64,000 bases of DNA, from contig JAPETS010000030.1 in assembly GCA_026023565.1 (NCBI GenBank), forward strand, positions 186,001 to 250,000, given 5' to 3'. Below, in pieces: positions 22,514 through 35,900 of the stretch. The position numbers were made by a program, and so were the translations under genes. Each line of letters starts with the position of its first letter. Within the stretch, counting starts at the first letter, position 1. The notes under the pieces were generated by a model. That model searched no databases, was not told where the DNA came from, and worked only from the letters and a program-made list of their open reading frames with translations. The stretch comes from Cirrosporium novae-zelandiae. Taxonomy: Eukaryota.

Positions 22514-23930
22514 ATTTTCTGGTGGGGTTTGTTGGAGTGTGATGAAATAAAGTGATTTATGTAGTTGATAGCATCCTAGCCAAGACTAGTACCTGGAAAT
22601 TTTCTGTTGGTAGCACAGTAGTTCAAATCGTTGATACTACACCGACCATATTTTATCAAGTGTGCAGCACAGAATCTACTCATCATTCTGAAGATCATCC
22701 ATTTGGGGGATTTAAATGTAGTGGAGTTTATAAGTGGAAGCTTGATACAGGGTAGCCTAATATAAATTTCAGGGGTTATATTAATGGTGCTTGAATCTTC
22801 AAGCATTGGGTTTATTATTTTATCCATTTGTAATATAAAATCTAGACTTGTAATTGACCAGAAGATGGCTCAAGAATTACTACGATGACGGAAGAGGAGA
22901 TTCTAGTAGCTTTGACTTCTATGAGCTTTCTCAAGGATTGACATGATGAAGGAATGCCCCCTTTAAAGGAGGGACATCATTTTGGTTCCTAGTAATTGGC
23001 ATTAATAGAATCTCTTGCATCTGTAGATTCTATAAGGCTTTAGGTGGCACAAAATTCCCCCCATCTTGGTGACCTATTCTCAGGAAGTTGAACCTCCTAG
23101 ACAAGTCTATAAATGACACCTCTTTCGCCGCTATTATCCCTATAGTGTAATGGTGAATATATATACAACTACATGAAGCTAAATTTCTACCGAATTTTGG
23201 GGTCCAGTCTGTAGTTAGATGAACTAATAGCTCTTCGGGTGTATGTTGAAAAATACAACTATATCATAGTAGAAGGAACAAACTGTCATGGACAAAATGA
23301 GTCGTTGCAATGTCATTTGCTGAAACAGTATTGGGGTCTCCTCTCTCGGAAGAAGCATACACATAGCAGTGCTACCTGGGGTAAGTCGCCCTATCTTTGC
23401 CTTCCTCCTGGAAGCTAAATATATCTTAGAAGCTGCGTTTTTTTAAACCAAAGGTACGGGTTAGGGATTTTCAGACTAACCTCCACGTTCAAATAAAGTT
23501 AGCAATATATGTAGCTATCATCATCCAATCTCCAGTTATTCTGATCAAATGCTGCTTCACCGAGGAAGTAGCAGATCTCCTATAGGAGGATGTACTTCTC
23601 GAACTCATCTGGATATCCATTCAACCCCTTAGCAAGATTATCACGGATATTATACTTGTTCGAAATAATCGGTTTGGTAAAGTCCAGGTCTCATCAAAAG
23701 TTTTACATTGATGGATTTCCAGATCGGCGAATATATTGAATAGTTCGCACTAGGAAGCCCTCCTTCATTGCTCGTGTGAAAAATTGGATAGTAGATAAAG
23801 TCGCGCGGCTATCGCATCGGTGATTCCCCAACGTTCACATGATAGATGTACTAGGGAATATTATCGCGTTATGAAGTGCGATATCATATGGAATTCCAAC
23901 AGGTCAAAACCACCCCTTGTTCGAGTCGCA

Positions 23931-24778
23931 TCACAAATACGGCATGTTCCTCCATTTGAATTTCTTGTTGGCGCGATCTGGTGGCCTATTTTTGAACTGT
24001 TCTCCGTGTAACTCAAATATGAAACTCTTCAATTTCTTATGATGTATCATATGAGGGTCGCAATGCTCATTTAGAGTTGAGTCAGAAGATGATTCAGAAT
24101 TAGGCAAAGGAACCTCGAACCGGAAAACTGTATGCTCTTTTGGTATGGCTGTACCATACGTTAGTAAAATTCCATAAAAAGTAAATAATAAGACATACTC
24201 CACACTCTTCCCTTGCCAGTTGTTATTTCGTTTCCTACGATAACAAAAGCAAACTTCCCGTCTCTCACTACCGTCCCTTTTATTCCAACCCTCCCGACGC
24301 AACGACTCCTTACCACTGTAAGTTCAGCTCCATGAAAATCCGCACTTGCTAGTTTACTTCCATGTGCTTGTGCTGACACGAAAGTCTCTAGACTAGCCAG
24401 GTCCAACTCTAATATTTCTTGCATATATCCTACCCATAGTCCCCTAAGTTTCCGCAAAACCTCTTCCCTTTGAATAATATCTTCCTTGTCTGTACTTGTC
24501 CAAAGTTTCTCCCTACTTAGATCATGGAGTCCAAGTGTTCGTTTTTCGTGCGCAGACAGTGGTGCTGGGGTACGGTGAGCCTTGTAGTGGGCCTTTTTAA
24601 GAGCTCGCAGACGGCGACGCTTAGCTCGATTGTCGGGAGGTGGAGGAGATGAGGCTCCCAATAACAGTTTGCGGTGTTGAATTCGATCAGTGAAGATTTC
24701 AGTTGCTCTGGAAAGTGGATGCGCGCGAGCAAGAAGTTGGTGCGCTGGATGCGCTGCCTGCTGTGGTGTAGATGTCAT
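23931..24778 (-). CDS. POP4: RNase P/MRP protein subunit Pop4/Rpp29 (intron 24149-24198)
   Basis: LRGLWVGYMQEIL, KLASADFHGAELTVVRSRCVGRVGIKGTVVRD, spliced W|TIPKEHTVFRFE, ELHGEQFKNRPPDRANKKFK. Confidence 0.92.
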
Positions 24779-25270
24779 GTTGTGTCTAGCATCCTCTATC
24801 TATATAGAGCAACTGTTGGTTTTAACAAGCCTACTACTTTCGAATGTAAATGGTAAGGAGAACTTGCATGAAATAGGTTCATCTATGCAACTTTGGAAAA
24901 TGCTCAAGTGAAAGCAAACCTAAGAATTGGCGGGGCAGGTCTTGGGCGGCACGACGCGAACGTAATGGCATGAACCTTGTTTTAGCGACTTGATAGGTAA
25001 TATCCTAATTGAGTCTACACCGGATCTTGGTCTTAGATCGAGAAGGTCAATTAATTTGATTACGGTTTTGAGATTCCTGGTTCTGGTCTACCTCGGTATA
25101 TAAACATGTTTACGAATAATTATAATAGTCCAAGACATTTTGAACATTGTGAGAGTATATCAAACGAATAATTTTTTACTTAGTCCATCCATCATAGGAT
25201 CTTTCCGCATAATTTATTTAACATAAAAAGGAAAAATACCTTTGCGCCTTATCCACGTAATTTAAAGACC

Positions 25271-28200
25271 CTAGACAAGCTTTTTCTTAACTTCTAGGAT
25301 AATCACATCTCCATCCTGACCATTCTGCTCTTCATCATTATTGCCCTCGTTAGCATCGTCATCAAGTAGAATCGGAGACCTGGCCGAAGAGCCTGAATTT
25401 ATGAGTCTTCCACTTGTTTCAAATTGGGTTTGCATAGCCTCACACATTTTCAGATGGTCAGGGTTTTTCTCATGATGGTCCTTACAACGAGAGCATTTGA
25501 TAAGGTACCAATGTTGAGATGCTTCATAGCCCAAAGCCTGAAGTTCTGGAACGTTATCATCAATGAGCATAGTGTTTTCCCAATCGACGCAATCTTCACA
25601 GAATCCAGCCTCACACCAGCGACAGCGGAAAATCATACCACCAGCGGCCGCAGCACCCTTTCTACATTGCGCACATAAATGTTGAGAACAGCTAAATATT
25701 GGCAGGTTAACCCGAACTTGTAGCTTCGGGCTGAGACAATCATAGTGAAAGGTACGGGGGCACAAATCGCAGAGTATGAGCTCCCCTCCGTCATAGCAAC
25801 ATTGACAATACTATTAAACGGGTTAGCTGTTTCATTATTAAGTCATGTAATGGCTACTAACACTTTGATGTTCAAACTTTTCCTTGTTAGATTTGGCCTC
25901 GGTAATCTGTGGGCTCTTTCTTCCGAATGTTGGGACAGCCTCTCCGTCTCTACAAGCCAAAGAATCTGTCGAAACCGAAAACCCGTCGATAACAACGGTA
26001 CGGGATCTTCGAATTCTAGGTGTGGTGGTGTCGGTTTCCGTTGAAGCTGGCTCTGAATCTCTGAGTGAATAATGTTTCCCTTCAAATACTCTTGACTTAA
26101 CGTGTTCAATTGTTGAGAGCCATTGCCGTTCATCCTCTTCAGAGTTTTCGGGGAGAGCTTTACTTGATGATTGACTCTTGCATCTTTCTAGAACTGTTTG
26201 CCAGTCCCAGCTTAAGAGTTCCTCAATATTTATCTCCGATTCCAGAGCTCGGGTACCTCCTCTCACAAAAGACATTAGTTCGGTGACTGACAATCTCTGT
26301 GCCTCCTTATTAGAGCCTTCCTCATTGCGAATACTCTCGGTTGTTTTATCCTCAGCAGAATAAACATCATGCATTGATTCAGTAATTTTTGCCGAAAGAT
26401 ATAGCTTCTTTTGGATTCGACCCATCATCTGTTCTTCCACCGTTCCTTGCGTGCAGAATTTATATATCGTAATAGGCTTGTTCTGCCCAATCCTATGTGC
26501 CCGGGATTCTGCCTGTAATACGATCTGTGGATTCCAGTCTTGATCCAAAAGAACGACGGCAGATGCTGAAACCAGGTTGATTCCAAGACCACCAGCTCTC
26601 AAGGTCATGAGCATTACTCGATGTTCGGATTCTTCGTCACTGAAAAGCCTGATGGTGAGGTTACGTCGAGCACGACATGTGTTCCCGTCTAGACGGAGAT
26701 ATTTGAACTCTCCAGAACCAGCACCTCGAAGCATGAGGAGTTCTTCGCAACTATCCAGCATTTCCGTAGAGGTAGAGAATATCAAGACCTTTTTCTTTTG
26801 TTCAACCACAAGTTTACTTAGCAACTTTTCAAGAACGATAAACTTCGACGACGCATATATCAAATGTTCTCCTGTTGTATAAGACTCTGGGACAGCTCCT
26901 GGGACTATATAAGGGTGGTTGCAGACCTTTTGAAGTTGGACCAAAAGATTCTGTAATTTGAGCCACATACTCTTCTCTTTATCCTTTGCCGAAGCTGTCT
27001 GTGAACTGAGGCCGAGGGACTGCGGCCCTTCGGGTTGTGATTTTGGGTCCTGAAAAATTTCCTCGAGGAGAGCTTGATCCGTTCGAGTTAACAAGGTCTT
27101 ATACCAAGCCCGTTGCAAGGGTGTCAAGGGAATGAACAGCTGGACTTCTGATTTTGGTGGAATGTCTAGGTTGACATTCTGTGAATCTTTCATCCTTCGA
27201 ATCATTATCAATTCTAGCAAGTCTCTTGCCTTATCCATAAACCCTGTATCAACCTGACCCTTTGATAAGTTGAACGCTGATTGGAATAGTTTTTCTGTAT
27301 TGTTTATAAACACGTCAGGATACAACCAATGAAGTAACCCCCAAAGTTCTTTGAGATCATTTTGTAACGGGGTTCTAGATGGATTGTCAGCCAGTATTCG
27401 TCATGAGATGAAAACGGAAGAGGCCTACCCTGTTATTATTAATCGATATTCAGATGTTAACCCTTGAAGGGCCCTTGCACTTTGCGTATTCTGCCTCTTT
27501 ATTCGATGTCCTTCGTCAAGGACGACATATCTCCAGACGAAAGCTCTGCTAAACCACGCCTTCTCGAAGTTGAATGTTTCGTAGGTTGTAACAATCAGGT
27601 CGATTGGTCTCCCATCACCTTGAGCATCATCGTTGTCGAGATCTATTACTGGCGGCAGGGTCGCAAGTTGCTTTAATGCAGCCCTCTCTGGTGGTGATCC
27701 ATGAAATCGCAATACTTTAAGCTTTGGCGTCCACTTTTTTGCCTCTTTGATCCATGGTTCAAGTACGCTCAGGGGGCAAATGACAAGAAATGGTCTATTC
27801 TCAAGGGTTGACGCAGTTCCCTGTTGCTCTTTCAAGTATTCAAACAAGGACAAAGTCTGTAGCGTCTTACCAAGGCCCATTTCGTCTCCAAGGATACCGG
27901 AAAGGCCATTTTTATGCAAAAAGACTAGAAATGAGAGTCCTGATAACTGATATGGTTTGAGTTGGGCTGTCACACCTTTGGGCTGACTAACAGTTTCGTA
28001 TTTCGCAATGACCGGTTTTCCAAATGGATACTGTTCCCGATAATCTTCAATCAAAGCTTGAATATGATTTCTACTTGGAAGCAATGGAAGGAAAACTTCG
28101 CTGTGTGCAATCAAGAAGTTCGCTCGTTTGACTGCTGTCTTTTCTGCGATAGCTTTGCGGACTTCAATTCGAACGGTTGAAGTCTTAGTTCCTGCCTGGA

Positions 28201-28565
28201 GGGCAGCGACAGATTGCTGTGTGCTAAGATTCTTCTTTCGGACGAAAGGTTTTACAGCTTTGGTCTTATCGATGGTTGACTTTCGGAGCGATCGACCAGT
28301 TGAAGGAGCACTGCCAACAGAGATTTCATCTAGAATCATAGTTAGCAATGAGATTCGGATTGAGGTTAGTTGAACTGTATAACTAACATTGCTCTGACAA
28401 GCTAATTCCTGCAATGCCTCTGGCCGAGGAAGCGATGCTACTTCCTGGAACGTGTAAGTTATTAAGTGAGGAATAAGTATGGGACTCTGGAAATGCATCT
28501 GAAGAGGATTCCATAGCATCGGCTTTCCTCTTCCGAGGGAGAGAACTCAGTGGCTGAGAATCCAT
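25271..28565 (-). CDS. SNF2-family (ISWI-like core) chromatin-remodelling ATPase with C-terminal PHD/Cys-rich fingers (exons 28565-28388, 28329-27429, 27374-25862, 25810-25271)
   Basis: LKPYQLSGL, Walker A GILGDEMGLGKTLQT, VVLDEGHRIK, TG|TPLQN, QLQKVCNHPY, LRAGGLGINL, QDWNPQ..QAESRAHRIGQ; final exon YCQCCYDGGELILCDLCPRTFHYDCL (PHD) + CSQHLCAQC..CRWC..FCEDC. Confidence 0.9.
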
Positions 28566-28801
28566 AGTAAAAACGGAAAACCTTGAGATTTGAGTCGTAA
28601 CGTTGAGGTAAGACAAGAAAAAAATAAAAGAAATCCGTTAGGCTTCTAAGTATTAGGACAAGAGTCTGGATGAACTTGAGCAATGCGTATGAGCTATTGA
28701 AAGTCACGGAACTGACTAGAAAGATAGAAACTAAAGCGGATTCGCTTTGTGGGTAAATAGAAGGTGTAACATCAAGTGAAAATATTAAACAATAATCCAA
28801 A

Positions 28802-29130
28802 TTAGGGGACCGTGTTTGACACCGTACGGACCGCCGAGAGGGTGCTATGAAATCCATGATACATCTTCAGCAGTTCGCGGAAGGAATTGACTATATGCTG
28901 CCTTTCATGCACGTAGGCTTCATAACTATGCGGATTGCGAATATCAGTGTGAATAGGAGCTTGTTCGGGCACGACAGCAACAAACTGATACTTATCATAA
29001 CGGTTTTTTATCATTTCCATAGCTTTTTAGGGTTATAACCGTTTCTCTCCCTTTGTTAAATGGTTAGATGTCCATCCCAGAGGGCTCATAGAAGTATTTA
29101 CAAAATGTTGTTAAAGGGGTATTATATAAC
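28802..29130 (-). pseudogene. Possible decayed DDE (pogo/Fot1-like) transposase fragment
   Basis: In-frame TSMSPLGWTSNHL upstream of the 72-aa ORF, interrupted by two TAA stops (compatible with CAA>TAA); SxxGWTSN is a typical pogo/Fot1 DDE motif; no TIRs identified. Confidence 0.25.
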
Positions 29131-29788
29131 GAGGTGAATTTAAAGTTACGGTATATCATAGCTCTGGGCTAGCCTGGAGGGGTTACGGCCCGGAGTTAGT
29201 GGGCTTGTTAACGAATGTCTGGCCGGAGTTGAGAAACTTCCGGCCTTGTCATATATACCCATTACTGAGCTTCAGAAAAATTGGGGAAAATATACTGGCA
29301 TTCAACAGCTGCCGATGAGGCTGTTAATACTATCTCCAAATTAGCAATCGAATGTCAGTAATTCCTCACTATTTCTAGGATACGAATCTTGGGTTTTCCG
29401 AATTGCACAAGCGAGGTTCTTACCGACTCTAACGTTATTCCTCTCATTATACAGCCATACTGTCTAGGTACTCATCGTTTAATGATTTCTGTGCAGTGAT
29501 TTTTTCTGGTTGATCGTGTGGGTTGATTCTAAAAGCAAGGGGATAGAATCCCTATTTGAATTAGCCTTTTTATACTGTGTATTCACGCAGGGACAGCTAT
29601 CTTAGTTTTCCCGTTTTAAAACCGATGAGCGAATAAGCTATCTTGTATTCGAATAGAATCATTCACTCATCGACAACCCAGATAGCTTGTTTGGTGACTC
29701 CTGGTGCCATTGTGATTCTCGTCTAAGCAAAATTCGCTAGTCGTTCTCTTGTCCATTATCAGAATCGAATTATCCGATTTTAGTCATC

Positions 29789-31652
29789 ATGCCTCAGGAA
29801 CAAGCATATTATGCGATGTATGTCGCACGTTCGGACGGTAAACTCTCGACGATGAAGAAAGATGGCCGCGAGGATAATTGTCCCTCCAAGGAACAACGAG
29901 ATAAGAAACCAAATGAAGCTGGGGTTCAAGATTATTATGAGGAGCTTGACTCAAATGCAGAAAAGGCCAAGGACTGGAGGAGAAAACTTGGTGGAATGTT
30001 GGTCCAAGAGCTACTGGAGAGAAAGATGATGCCTGAGGAACAGCGGTCCTTACTGTTAGATGAGGATGGGAATCGTGAGTAGAAGACTGGAGCATAATTT
30101 TGTCATTCCTAACATGTTGACAGGCAAACTTTGTGTTCTTGAAAATTTCCCAGAAAACTATCGCCTATACGAACACATCAAGAAAAAGGCCGAAAAGTCA
30201 GACAAAAGTCATGCAGCTGGGGACGCTGATAGGAGGGATGCATATCTTTATGGCCATCCCTATGGTCGAAAGAGCAGGTTCCGAAGCCCGGCAGATTTCT
30301 TCCATCATCTTTGGTGGCTAGTTACAGATGAAAGTGGAGATGAAGGAAATTGTTGTTGTAAAGTTTGTGCACCAAATCCGGCGGATTCAGGATCTACTCC
30401 TACTACTAAAAGTTCGAGCGCTGCCGCCGTCGCAGGTGCCATCACCCCGACTCCAACCCCAGGCTTGGTTCATCGAGCAGCTGTTCCCGTGGACAGTGGG
30501 GTTAGCGCGACCAAGAGTAATAACAATACTCCTAGTGTTCCCAATACGCCTCCTGCACTTCCCCCATTCACGTACCGCATTGGAGAAATGCTATGGGTGA
30601 AGGAGCCAGAAACAGCTTACTCGATTTGTATAGCTACCAATCATCAATACAAAAGACTCGCGGATTCAAGTGTTGTACCAATATATACAATACGATGTTT
30701 ATCACATCCCTACTTCCATCCAGCCGAGAAAGAAAGCCAAAATGGTCTCGGACTAAAACCTTTTCGTTGCTTTCAAGTGCCTCCCCCAGAGATCGTTACT
30801 TACACAGGCCATACATACAAGACGGTGGATTGGAATAGTCTGTCCCTTGCTTATAAACAAAACCCAAGATTTATCGAACAAGAGGCAATGAAGTTCGCCG
30901 CAATAGGTGTGGACCGGACGTATACACTTGAGGGTGAAATAAACGCAAGTTCAAACATAGAGGGAAATAATAATCCAAATATAAAGGGATGGAAGTCACT
31001 GTATCTGGGGGCAGAGAAGATATTACCTGGAGATCCTATCCGTTTGGAGTCTCTAGCAACCGAATACCGAACGGCTCTCCAACAGTCAGGCCATATGGGT
31101 CATCCCCAAATCCTGGTTCTTCAGAAAATATTTGAGGAGATTGATCAACAAGGAAACTCCAAGATTTCCCTTGTTGGGGATTTGTATATCCAAGTACCAG
31201 CCACGGACGAGTTTCAGTCAAAGGGGTTCACACCGCAGGACGAGCGACTTCCCGCGGATATTCTCCGGACTCTAGTATCGCGAAACCATCGAGCGTTGCA
31301 ACTTGGGGGCAGAATAGTTCGATGGCTTCCGTTTAAACCCAGGTATGTTGCGAACATAAATGATGTATCTGGTCGGTGGTACGACTACGATCATTTGGCG
31401 AACATATTCCTGGCAACGGAGGAATTGAAGCAAAGCTTTCTACGTGGAGGTTCACCCCCGGAACCAAATGAAATGTTCTTTATTACAGGACATTGCTGTG
31501 AAAAGGCTACTGGAAATGAAAGGACATTGCAGCGAACATGGCTTCGCCGGGAGGCGTTTGGAGAATCAGTTCCTCAACAAACATTACAAGAAAGCTCAGG
31601 GGGCCAGGGGACATCCAGAGAAGATATGCAGACTGGTGCAAAGCAGGAGTAA
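29789..31652 (+). CDS. CLR2: Transcription-silencing protein Clr2 (cryptic loci regulator 2) family (intron 30075-30123)
   Basis: DWRRKLGGML, LENFPENYRLYEH, DAYLYGHPYGRKSRFRSPADFFHHLWWL..CCCKVC (N-terminal Clr2 domain); YRIGEMLWV; LYLGAEKILPGDPIRL; SGRWY. Confidence 0.85.
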
Positions 31653-32968
31653 AAGGTGGATTATTTTTGATATATTGTTTTTCGGGAGTAGCCTTGTGAA
31701 CAGTGTGGCGCAAGCAGATGTGGAGGTTGCAAGGTACTAAAATTGTGCATTATTCTATTGGCTTCGTGATACTGTTCTAGAATTCTTCAATATTTACAGT
31801 AGTCTCATGCCTCCATGCGAAGGCAACCATCAACGACGTATAATGAGGACCTGCCAGACTGATATTATATGGCTTAGCTAATTATTGATTGATCTTGCCT
31901 ACATATGTAACCAATTTAATCAAGAGCATTCATTTTCCAGGATTTAGTAATTTGGAGTTGTGGCTCACAGAAAAGGGAAGCATTGACCATGCCATCATCA
32001 GCCTCGGGATGTTAGTGGGAAAAAAGAAGCCTTTGACACGTAGCCACCCTTGACCAACCAAGCCCTACGTTATCTGATACTGGTGGCGGGAGTATTACAT
32101 GCAGTTGTAGGTTGTATCCTCGTCGATAGAAGGAGGGAAATAAGTAGCATTTATGCCTCAGGCAGATATCCCGAAACCCCTCCATGTTGCTGATACACAC
32201 AGTGGTAAGTGGCGGTGAAAATCAACAAGAGGCAAAATAAACAAACAAAAGAAATACAGAACCATGTCACCCAGTGATGATGATGCAACTCTGCAAAGAC
32301 CCAAGGGTAATAAGAATCCTAAACAGGAGAAATTGTAGTGCGTTGTAAGCACTTCCCTTTTGGAGCTGTGTGTTTCGGTTCTGTTGTTTGGAGGTGCACA
32401 ACCCTTGGACGCCATCATCGGGTGGGCTGAATGTCCCCCATTCATTCTAATCCCCCCTCAACTGATTATCCTATTAATCCCCCCCCCCCAACTTTATGAA
32501 TTCATTTTGCGATATCACCAAGGTAATATTCTTACCAATATCTCTTTCCCTGTGATTTGGACCCCATCTCTTGACTCTTGTTATCGTCGATACCAACAAT
32601 TCCATACCTTTCTAGTCAGAACCGTGGCCGAAGTCGCGTTGCGCACCTTTTTGCCCAACATCATCTACCCAACTCTAAAACAAACCCCGGGTTATTCTTA
32701 GGGTACAGGTCCCTCATGATTCTTTGTTTCGAAGATCACAACAGAATGACAAGCGTGAAATGAAACTGCAAACTACAAGCCGCTGTTTACATTGATCCAT
32801 TGCTTTACCTGCTGTCATTTGCACCCTTTTCGCGGGGTTGTCGCTCGACGTCGAATGCACAATTTTCTTCTCGGACCCATCTACACAAGCACCAACTCAC
32901 AAGCTATCGTACTTTTGACCTGCTATCACTGAATTTTCCATAATTATTCATCCAAAAAATCCACCAAG

Positions 32969-35900
32969 ATGGATGACAACGATCTTATCAAGCAGGTTTA
33001 TCACAAGATTGAGCGGGAGAAGGCCTTTATTCAAGGCGCGAACACTATGCGTCAATCTTCAGATAACCCTGCTGTACAGCAAAGTTTGGAGTCTCAAATA
33101 CGAGAAGGAAGGAAAAATATTGCATATCTGGAGGATCGTATGAGAGAACTACAGTTGCGCAAGATGGGAGGAGACCCGAGCGGAAGTGGCGGCCCTCCTC
33201 CTCCAACACATGCAAGCTATCCGCCTGCCACTCCAGGCTCAAGAACTTCTTACAAAGATGGGCCACAATCACAACACCAGTCATGGCAGGGCGATCCAAG
33301 AGGTAGCTATGGTGATCCTGGACCAGATGGTTATAGCCAAATCGACAGCAGTGGCCAAATGCCACCTAGCGCTCCTTACAGTCCACCTGGTCCTGGTGGG
33401 CGGGCTCCAAAAGCTAGACCGAATTATAGCAAACTTGGTCAGTAATATGAAAAATACCGCTTTCTTCCACTCTGTTACTGATATGAAGAAACTTAGATCT
33501 TATCAAATATGACACCCCACATCTTGGACCCCGCATTCAGCTTATGCTGTCACAGCTTGAATTCAAATTGAGTGTGGAACGACAATATAAGGCGGGAATC
33601 GAGAAAATGGTTAGATTATACCAGGATGAGGGGGATCGCAAAAGCCGACAAGACGCACAACGGCGTCTTTTGGAAAGTAATCAAAAAATCCAATTGCTCA
33701 GACAAGCTTTAAAGCGCTATGAAGATTTACATGTGGATATGGACAGCGAAAGAGATGCTCCAGATGGTATGTTATTCTAATTACCTGCATCATGACAGAT
33801 TACTAAACATGTTTTGCCTTTCTACAGATGATAGTATAAATAGTCCTAACATGAGAAGACCACTAACTGGTCACCTGATGTTACGCATCCATGCCGTTCA
33901 AGATATCGACCACACAGCGACCGGAAGGTTTGCTCGCTCACCAGAGACATTCGTTATCGTGAAGGTCGAAGATAGCTTTAAGGGAAGAACGAAATCAACG
34001 AGGACTGATAAGTGGACTGATGAGCTTCATGAAATCGACGTCGACAAGGCAAATGAAATAGAACTTACGGTTTATGACAAATCAAGTGACCATCCAACGC
34101 CTGTTGGAATGTTGTGGATTCGAATTGCAGATATTGCCGAGGAGATGCGTCGGAAAAAGATTGAAACCGAATTTAATAACTCCGGTTGGGCAACGGCCGA
34201 CCAAATGGTGGAGGGTCGAGATAGTTTTCGTTCTGATACTAACTCCCCTCAGAACCGATTCTCCGGGGGTTCCCAAACTAGGGACAACAGAACAAGTAAA
34301 CTTGCCATGGCACCTCCACCGGCGGCTCCATCTGGGCCAGTCTTCATAGATGCATGGTTCGCATTGGAACCGGTAGGACGAGTCCATTTGACTTTGACCT
34401 TTAGTAAGCGTTGTGCAATGCCTCCTACTTATTTACCTGCTGACGGCTATTCTAGTGAAACTTAACAAGGATCGTAGGCCAATTGATCTTGGACTAAACA
34501 GAAAAGGTGCTATTCGACAAAAGAAGGAGGAAGTACATGAAATTTACGGACACAAATTCATTCAGCAACAGTTTTACAACATCATGCGCTGCGCACTTTG
34601 TGGAGACTTTCTCAAATATGCTGCTGGAATGCAATGTGCGGATTGCAAATATACGTGCCACAAGAAATGTTATCCCAAGGTCGTTACGAAATGTATCAGT
34701 AAGTCCAATGGTGACCAGGATCCAGACGAAGAGAAGCTAAACCATCGGATACACCATCGTTTCGAGAACTTTTCAAACATGGGCGCAAATTGGTGTTGCC
34801 ATTGTGGATATGTTTTACCATTTGGCAGAAAGAACTGCAAGAAATGCACTGGTAAATACTTGAGCCCGTGTATTGTTCCATATACTTACTACTGAAACAG
34901 AATGCGGCCTTACCTGCCACACTCAATGTACTCATTTGGTTCCAGACCTCTGCGGTATGCCAATGGAGACGGCGAATGAATTGATCAGACAAATAAAAGC
35001 AACGAAGATGCATCAGAAAACAATGTCGGCAAGCTCGGGTATGGCCAATCGAACGTTGCGTCCAAGCTCCCGTCCAACCCCCTCTCCAAGTGCCCAGACT
35101 TATGCATCTTCTACTTCGGATCAATCCTCCCTGGACCAAAGGCTCTCCTATGGCCAAGACTCCGGATTTCAGGAGGCACAGGCGGCCGAGGCACGTAACG
35201 CTGCAAAAGCGTCCTACGGACCTTCCCAATCTCCTCCCCCCCAGTCGCCTCCAAGTGCCAGCAGACCTCCGCAGCCCCCACGCACAAGCTCTGCTCAAGC
35301 TAATTTGGCTGCTAGTGCTGCTAGTGCCGCTTACCAGAACAGAACCTCCGTGCCACCACAGTATCAACGTTCTTCTACAGATTATGGCAACGCTCCACCA
35401 CCGCGAACTACTAGTCAATACCCACCACAAATAGAATCCCGCATTGATGCAGGACCTCCATACAATCAAGCCAGACCTCCTCAACCAGAACCCCCACAGC
35501 AGACATATAATCCAGCCGCATACGCAGCCGTCAATGCTGGATATCCCCCTCAACCCCAAATGCAGCCACAGCCACAAGCACCTCACCAGGTCGCTCCGCC
35601 CCCAGCAGAGCTGGTTCAACCAGCAAAGGTTCCAGAACAGCGACCTGAGCCCTCGAAAGCAAGAATTGGTCTTGATCATTTCAACTTTCTTGCTGTCCTT
35701 GGTAAAGGTAACTTCGGTAAGGTCATGTTAGCAGAAACCAAGTCTACCAAGAAACTTTATGCTATCAAAGTCCTTAAGAAGGAATTTATCATTGAAAATG
35801 ATGAAGTTGAGAGCACCAAATCGGAGAAGAGAGTATTTTTGATTGCAAACAAAGAGCGTCATCCATTTTTGTTGAGCCTACATGCCTGCTTCCAGACGGA

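Noticed and set aside
34696..35679. 327-aa antisense ORF in PKC1, and similar shadows in KAP114, HET-C and SNF2
   Set aside because: Antisense shadows of real coding regions, no independent support.
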